Below are positions 58,945 through 64,000 of a stretch of 64,000 nucleotides of DNA, one piece after another. The stretch is taken from assembly GCA_048499675.1 (NCBI GenBank), contig JASNZL010000008.1, forward strand, positions 27 to 64,026, given 5' to 3'. The first letter of the stretch is position 1. Every line of letters begins with the position of its first letter. Made by a program: the position numbers and the translations under genes. The stretch is from Candidatus Zambryskiibacteriota bacterium. Lineage in GTDB: Bacteria; Patescibacteriota; Minisyncoccia; Phycocordibacterales; WO2-35-19. Below the pieces are notes generated by a model. The model was given only the letters and a program-made list of their open reading frames with translations, made no database searches and was not told where the DNA came from.

Positions 58945-59191
58945 CATATCCGATTCCCTTGAGTAATCAAGGGGTTGGGGTCGGATAGTTTTGCGGAGTA
59001 ATTCGCGAAACAGGGTGGTCTCTGCATAAGTGGAGACCCGGCTTCCTCCGTAACCATAGGAAAACCGAAATCGGTCGAAAGACCAGAGCCGGTATAAGTC
59101 CCGAGAGACATCAAGGGAAAAGTAAGGTGGCACCGCGGAAACCCGCCCTTACGATATGAGCAGTTTTGCTTGTATCGTGAGGGCGGTTTTT
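58945..59191 (+). promoter_or_regulatory. T-box riboswitch-like leader with terminator
   Basis: AAGG-TGGCACC-GCGG...CCGCCCTT antiterminator (59124-59150) overlapping the terminator ccgcccttacgata..tatcgtgagggcgg-ttttt; upstream AGTA/GAA and CCGTAA elements. Confidence 0.8.
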
Positions 59192-59243
59192 CATTGGGAA
59201 AAATCGCATAGTTCTTTCACATCAACCAAAGGAGAAATATCTC

Positions 59244-59936
59244 ATGAAGCTCTCTGAATACGCAACTAAGAATCAACTTGTCACAAAGGCGGGCGTGTAT
59301 AGCGCCTACCACTTAATGCCTGAGCTACTTTCTAATGAGGTTAAAGACTATCTCTTTAACCTTGTCTATCCAGTTGCTCAAAACGCCTTCGGGCAACAGC
59401 ATTCTGAGGAGTTTGCTCACGATGTCAGAACGCATGTTCTTGACCATTCAAATATTTTGATTGTTCAAGACCATACTGGTGCGGTTATCGCATTTCGAGT
59501 CTGGGATATTCTCCACGGCATCGAAAGAGACATCGTCTATCTTGCTGGTATGTGTGTTACTTATGAATACCAGAAGATCGGTCTAGGAAAGGCGTTGATA
59601 CAGGCTGCAATCGATATTGCGCAAGTATCTCACCCGAATTTGGGCTATGTTGTACTACGTACCCAAAATTGGGCAATGCAGAAGAGTTTGTCTGCTATTG
59701 CTGCAGAATCTGGTGTGTACAAGAAGTTTGGCGACACCAACATTGATGAAGACATGCAAGCCGCCGTTAAGATAGTAGCGGATAAAATCAATGATTCCTG
59801 CATCGTGCCTTCTGAGCTTGTGTCGCGAAAAGTCTATGGCAGTAGCTTATATGGCTCGGCGCATAACTATCAGAACGGCTTCGTTGGGCTAGATGTCTCT
59901 AATGGTGATGCAGCTTACTGCGTTTGGCGACGATGA
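59244..59936 (+). CDS. GNAT family acetyltransferase
   Basis: Motif A: VYLAGMCVTYEYQKIGLGKAL; LRTQN. Confidence 0.8.
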   Translation: MKLSEYATKNQLVTKAGVYSAYHLMPELLSNEVKDYLFNLVYPVAQNAFGQQHSEEFAHDVRTHVLDHSNILIVQDHTGAVIAFRVWDILHGIERDIVYLAGMCVTYEYQKIGLGKALIQAAIDIAQVSHPNLGYVVLRTQNWAMQKSLSAIAAESGVYKKFGDTNIDEDMQAAVKIVADKINDSCIVPSELVSRKVYGSSLYGSAHNYQNGFVGLDVSNGDAAYCVWRR

Positions 59937-59949
59937 GTCGATCACAAAC

Positions 59950-59988
59950 TAGAGCCATTCTAAGAAACTCGGGTGGCTCTATTTTTTT
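59950..59988 (+). terminator. Intrinsic terminator after the GNAT gene
   Basis: tagagccattc...gggtggctcta followed by T7. Confidence 0.7.
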
Positions 59989-60013
59989 ACAGGGAAATAT
60001 ATATAATTTTACT

Positions 60014-60823
60014 ATGTTACAGAGCATTAAAAAAATACTTATTGTTGGCAGTACGCATGGACACGAAAGGATAGGTCTTGCTGTTATCGAAGAGTTAAAA
60101 AAACTAAATATACCGAACGATCAACTCCGTTTTGAAATTGGCAACCCGAGAGCTTCAGAGAAAAATATTCCCTTTATCGACTCAGATCTCAATCGCATCT
60201 TTCCTGGTAATCCGAATGGTACATACGAAGAACGGCTGGCATTTGAACTATTACCAAAGATCAGGGATGTTGATTTGGTGATAGACATTCACTCAACCAA
60301 TACCACTGATTTATCTGAAAACTCAATGCTTATCGTCACAAAATATGATACCGTCACCAGAGATATTGTTGGCACTATCAATCCTCCGAAAGTTTTGGTG
60401 ATGAAATATAAAAGTGATAGCGCCCTCATTTCGCAAGCACGAATTGGTGTGGCATTTGAGTATGGGAAAGACACGAGCGAATCCGTATTACAAGCTACCC
60501 TGTTCGACATTGCTGAAGTTTTGATTGCCTGCGGATTCATTTCTAGAAATCCATATACAACCACAAAACATAATGAACGTACTGACGCTTTTGAGGTATA
60601 CGATTCATATAAAAAAGACTTTCTCGGGAAGTTTACACTTGCACCCGAAATAAAAAATTTCCAATTAGTCACACAAGGTTCTTTTTTGGGCGTAACCGAT
60701 TCTGGCGTAGAAGTACTTGCAGATGAAAGTTTTGTCCCGATTCTGTTTGGAGAAAACAGATATACGGAAATATTGGGTTTTAAGGCAAAGAAAATAGCGC
60801 CACCCACGAAGGAATGGCGCTAG
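60014..60823 (+). CDS. Succinylglutamate desuccinylase/aspartoacylase (AstE/AspA) family protein
   Basis: GSTHGHE, GNPRA, DLNRIFPG, IDIHS, EYG; start set at ATG 60014 after TATAAT. Confidence 0.88.
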   Translation: MLQSIKKILIVGSTHGHERIGLAVIEELKKLNIPNDQLRFEIGNPRASEKNIPFIDSDLNRIFPGNPNGTYEERLAFELLPKIRDVDLVIDIHSTNTTDLSENSMLIVTKYDTVTRDIVGTINPPKVLVMKYKSDSALISQARIGVAFEYGKDTSESVLQATLFDIAEVLIACGFISRNPYTTTKHNERTDAFEVYDSYKKDFLGKFTLAPEIKNFQLVTQGSFLGVTDSGVEVLADESFVPILFGENRYTEILGFKAKKIAPPTKEWR

Positions 60824-60836
60824 GTTGTTTGCGTGA

Positions 60837-61799
60837 TCAAGAGACAATTCCCTTGATCGCTTGGAGCGTTTGGTGCTGGCTCTGTGGAAGCACATTGCCA
60901 ATCACGTTGTTGAGGACGGTCACTACGCCTTGCGGCTTGGAACCAATCGGATTCACGATGAGAACCATACCTTTGGCAAAGTGCCTGGTGCTGATGCTAA
61001 ACGCATTAGACCGAAACACACTGCCGACGAGCTTGTGGATACCGTCCGGCGTATACCAGTGAGACAGGAAGAAGCCGCTTCTCCCTTCAGTCTGCCCAAC
61101 AATCTGGAGCGCCGCGATGGACGGTATTGCGCCGGAAGAGATTTCTCGCTGCATTGCGGCAAGCGAGTCTCTCACTGCGATCTTCCTGATCTCCTCGCCC
61201 GAAGTTGAGATTTTGGCGCGGATGCCTGTCGATGTGGGCTCATTCGTTTCCGAAAGTTCTACCCAATCGAACAGGAATTCTTCGCCAAGGACCCTCTCGT
61301 TCCGAAGGTACTCATCGTACCCGCAGAAAGGATATCCGACTTGCGGATCGGCCTTGAAGAAAGCCTCGCAGTTGTAGACCCCGATAATGAGTCGTCTGGG
61401 CTTGCGCTCGATTTCTCTGCAAACGTGAGCGATCTCACCCGAAAGGAACACCATCTCCACACCGTCGTCTATGAACGACTTCAGTATGGAAGACTTGGCT
61501 CGATTGACTTGCTGTGGTGCCAGATCATTGAAGACTACTCGAGGAACGTATCCCCCTGTTCGAGAAAATGTATCCTCGAGAAGCATCTTTGGATCACGAC
61601 TCCCAACAGCGCCGCCGAGAGTGACTATATCCTCGCAATCGACTTCTCGATATGCATCAAGGACAGCGTCCATTTCTCCCTGGTTGTCTGTCGTCATTTC
61701 TTCGTTTTCGTACGTGGCTGCCTGGGCGTCCCAGAAGGCCTTTTGGCCTTCAACGGTAAGAGTTGGCTTGCGCCAACCATCTTCTCCTGACTTACTCAT
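60837..61799 (-). CDS. Divergent SAM-methyltransferase-like protein
   Basis: FWDAQAATYE, IVTLGGAVG (degenerate motif I), VFNDLAP..V..A (motif II-like). Confidence 0.55.
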   Translation of the reverse strand: MSKSGEDGWRKPTLTVEGQKAFWDAQAATYENEEMTTDNQGEMDAVLDAYREVDCEDIVTLGGAVGSRDPKMLLEDTFSRTGGYVPRVVFNDLAPQQVNRAKSSILKSFIDDGVEMVFLSGEIAHVCREIERKPRRLIIGVYNCEAFFKADPQVGYPFCGYDEYLRNERVLGEEFLFDWVELSETNEPTSTGIRAKISTSGEEIRKIAVRDSLAAMQREISSGAIPSIAALQIVGQTEGRSGFFLSHWYTPDGIHKLVGSVFRSNAFSISTRHFAKGMVLIVNPIGSKPQGVVTVLNNVIGNVLPQSQHQTLQAIKGIVS

Positions 61800-61823
61800 C
61801 TGAACCTCCTGTGGTTTGAGTGT

Positions 61824-62300
61824 TTACTGATGTGTTTGAGAGATGTCCGCAATCGTTGCTCCGATGGCGTTCACCATTTCTTTAGAGCCGATCGCGATTG
61901 TCTTTCGCGGATCACCTGACCCGCAATAGATCAACTGCCGAGCCAAGAGAGCGTTATCCACGATATGTCGCTGGAAGAAGTCATGGAACGGACTCGCGTC
62001 TCCCGGGTTCAGCCCGATTTCTCGGGTGATTTCTGGGCCAGCAAACTTTACCGTTTTCCTTGATACGCCGAGGATGGCAGCGACTTTTGAGAAGTCGACC
62101 CGATTCATACCCGGTAGAATAGCGGCAATGAGGCCAATATTCTTCTGATCAAGGATCACAGTCTTAGCCATTGCGTCCCTCGGAATGTCCAAAGTTTGAA
62201 CGACATCGTCCATTGTGATCACAGGATCATGCTCCATCACCCTCGGAGAATACCCTGAATCTTTGAGTCTCCGTATGATTTTTTCTGTTGACGTTTCCAT
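61824..62300 (-). CDS. YbaK/ProX aminoacyl-tRNA editing domain protein
   Basis: H..V.T.., AKTVI, RVDF.K, G..PG.ASPF, YCGSG. Confidence 0.88.
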   Translation of the reverse strand: METSTEKIIRRLKDSGYSPRVMEHDPVITMDDVVQTLDIPRDAMAKTVILDQKNIGLIAAILPGMNRVDFSKVAAILGVSRKTVKFAGPEITREIGLNPGDASPFHDFFQRHIVDNALLARQLIYCGSGDPRKTIAIGSKEMVNAIGATIADISQTHQ

Positions 62301-62309
62301 AGTGCCTCT

Positions 62310-62394
62310 TTTGGTTTGTGAAGGTGCGTTTTAAGAAAACCCACAATGGATTCCTCGCCGACGATACCATAGCACAATTTTCCGCTTGACACAA
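62310..62394 (-). promoter_or_regulatory. Promoter/leader duplicated upstream of ybaK and trpS (copy 1)
   Basis: About 85 bp similar to 63468-63552 (tttggtttgtgaa..atggatt.ctcgccga.g.taccata.cac.attttccgctt..acaag). Confidence 0.7.
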
Positions 62395-62412
62395 GAGACA
62401 CTACAAAAGAAA

Positions 62413-62448
62413 ACAGGCATTCGGAACCTTGCGATTTCGAATGCCTGT
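62413..62448 (-). terminator. Terminator after trpS
   Basis: acaggcattcg..cgaatgcctgt stem, followed by a U-tract on the minus strand. Confidence 0.7.
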
Positions 62449-62464
62449 GAGTAAGTAGCTTGTT

Positions 62465-63457
62465 CTAGTAGAGGACGATACCCATCTTCTCCCGAACAAG
62501 CTCGGTGGTTGCCTTGATTCTGGCGCGAGCCTTTTTGCCGCCTTCGTGAAGCACGTTTTTGACGTAATCGTTTTGGCTGGCGAGCTTGACGCGCTTTTCC
62601 TGAAAGGGCTCCAAGATTTTGGCAATGCCGTCAACCAAAAGATGCTTGCAGGCGGCACAGCCGATTTGCGCCGAGATGCACAGTTTCGCGATCTCTCGAC
62701 TCTCGACCTCGCCTTCCGTCACTAGCTCGTGGACAGGATAGACGGATTGACACCGATTGTACGGATCGCCGGGGTCGGAGACGCGAAGACGTTGCGGATC
62801 AGTAATGCCTTTCTTCAGATAGCGATCGCGAATTTCTTCGATGCCGGCATTGATGTCGATGGCATTGTCCGCTTCCGACTTGCCCATCTTCGCGCCGTCA
62901 AGACCGGGTACCTTGATCATCTGCGCCATCATCTCGGGAACGACGAACGTGTCCCCAAAACGCTTGTTGAAACGATTCGCAAGATTGCGAGCCATCTCAA
63001 CGTTCGGCACCTGATCCTCACCAACTGGCACCAGTGTTGCCTTGGGACCAAGAATGTCGGCTGCCATGAGGACAGGGTACGTCACGAGCCCGAGGTTCAC
63101 GTTGTCCGGATTCTTGCGAACCAGATCCTTGAACGTTGGGACCCGTTCGAGCTCACCGAGTGACTGGATCATCGAAAGATACAGGCACAGTTCAGAGATT
63201 TCCGGTACGCTTGATTGAGCGTAAATGATCGATTGCTCCGGGTCGAGACCCGCGGCAATGTAATCCTTCACGATTTCAATCAAATTGCCCCGAAGCTCTT
63301 CTGGATTCTCGAGCGTCGTCAGTGTATGCCAGTCGGCGATGAAGTAAAGGCAGGTATTGCCTGGTTGCTGGAACTTCACGAAGTTTTGTACCGCTCCGAG
63401 AAAGTTTCCGAAGTGGAGGCGCCCTGTAGCGCGGATTCCTGATAGGACTGTTTCCAT
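62465..63457 (-). CDS. trpS: Tryptophan--tRNA ligase
   Basis: VLSGIRATGRLHFGN, FIADWH, QSSVPE, YPVLMAADIL, VPVGEDQ, KMGKS; start at ATG 63457 after AGGAG. Confidence 0.96.
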   Translation of the reverse strand: METVLSGIRATGRLHFGNFLGAVQNFVKFQQPGNTCLYFIADWHTLTTLENPEELRGNLIEIVKDYIAAGLDPEQSIIYAQSSVPEISELCLYLSMIQSLGELERVPTFKDLVRKNPDNVNLGLVTYPVLMAADILGPKATLVPVGEDQVPNVEMARNLANRFNKRFGDTFVVPEMMAQMIKVPGLDGAKMGKSEADNAIDINAGIEEIRDRYLKKGITDPQRLRVSDPGDPYNRCQSVYPVHELVTEGEVESREIAKLCISAQIGCAACKHLLVDGIAKILEPFQEKRVKLASQNDYVKNVLHEGGKKARARIKATTELVREKMGIVLY

Positions 63458-63467
63458 CTTTGTCTCC

Positions 63468-63552
63468 TTTGGTTTGTGAATGAACTGTTTTGAGAAAGCC
63501 ACCATGGATTTCTCGCCGATGTTACCATAACACGATTTTCCGCTTAATACAA
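63468..63552 (-). promoter_or_regulatory. Promoter/leader duplicated upstream of ybaK and trpS (copy 2)
   Basis: Similar to 62310-62394. Confidence 0.7.
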
Positions 63553-63567
63553 GGGTTTCGTCACGCA

Positions 63568-63760
63568 ACCACACCACTCCGTAGAGTGGTGTGGTGTTTC
63601 GGCGGATAGGACTTCTGCCTCTCCTTGGAGATCGGAGCCTCTCGTCGCGTACGACGTTCCCGCCGGCCGGTTAGCCGGACTTTGCCCAATCATCTCACTC
63701 ATCTCCTGTGGCGTACCGCAGACGGGGTAAGTCAGAGGGCTCGCCGGCCGTCTGTACTTA
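63568..63760 (-). ncRNA. Candidate GC-rich structured RNA of unknown class upstream of trpS
   Basis: Multiple stems, three capped by UACG loops, ending in the perfect hairpin accacaccactc-tacg-gagtggtgtggt; no ORF in the track. Confidence 0.45.
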
Positions 63761-64000
63761 ATGATTAGTATTTAAGATTTGTGTAGTCGAGTTACCAACA
63801 GCTTGCCAACTACCCCTCCTGGACTCCTCGGAGGGGTAGCGTCATCAATGTAGCTGCATGACACACACAACAACAGCGCCGTCTGGGGCTACGGCAAACA
63901 TTGCAAGCTCCGCAAGCGTGAAATATTGTCTCTACGCCAGAAAAAGTACCGAACAGGAGGACAAGCAGGTGCTTTCCATCGACTCCCAGATCAAGGAAAT

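Noticed and set aside
60814-63442. Many overlapping plus-strand ORFs in the GC-rich island
   Set aside because: They are shadows of well-supported minus-strand genes (trpS, MTase-like).
63568-63760. RNase P RNA, HDV-like ribozyme or cobalamin riboswitch
   Set aside because: Only partial echoes (gcaaagtccgg, ggccggc, aagtcaga). I could not build the required P4, nested pseudoknot or B12 core, so it is left unassigned.

Overview
AT-rich chromosome segment that reads as Patescibacteria (CPR, probably Parcubacteria; inferred from gene content and style). It uses the standard genetic code and contains the likely replication origin (yidC-rnpA-rpmH / dnaA-dnaN with DnaA boxes). Housekeeping genes include tmRNA-smpB, ftsH, hup, infC-rpmI-rplT, pcrA/uvrD, rsmA, tyrS, ruvABC, polA, mutM, murE and rpsT. 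There are three tRNAs (including a rare Ile-UAU), the Patescibacteria-type T4SS-like locus (VirB6-, PrgI-, VirB4-like, pilin) and a degraded IS30. A GC-richer island at the right end carries a chorismate-mutase/methyltransferase fusion, a T-box-controlled GNAT, an AstE-like deacylase, a divergent methyltransferase, YbaK and trpS. The most striking unexplained structure is non-coding. (1) Inverted 7-nt-period repeat arms bracket a four-helix-bundle gene, recur as empty or nested copies between genes, and are translated in frame inside rsmA, tsaE, polA and others. (2) A ~95-bp module recurs in small elements anchored at tRNA/tmRNA 3' ends. (3) A 130-bp hairpin element lands exactly on start codons twice. 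Two candidate structured RNAs are also present. All calls were made by eye, without database searches.
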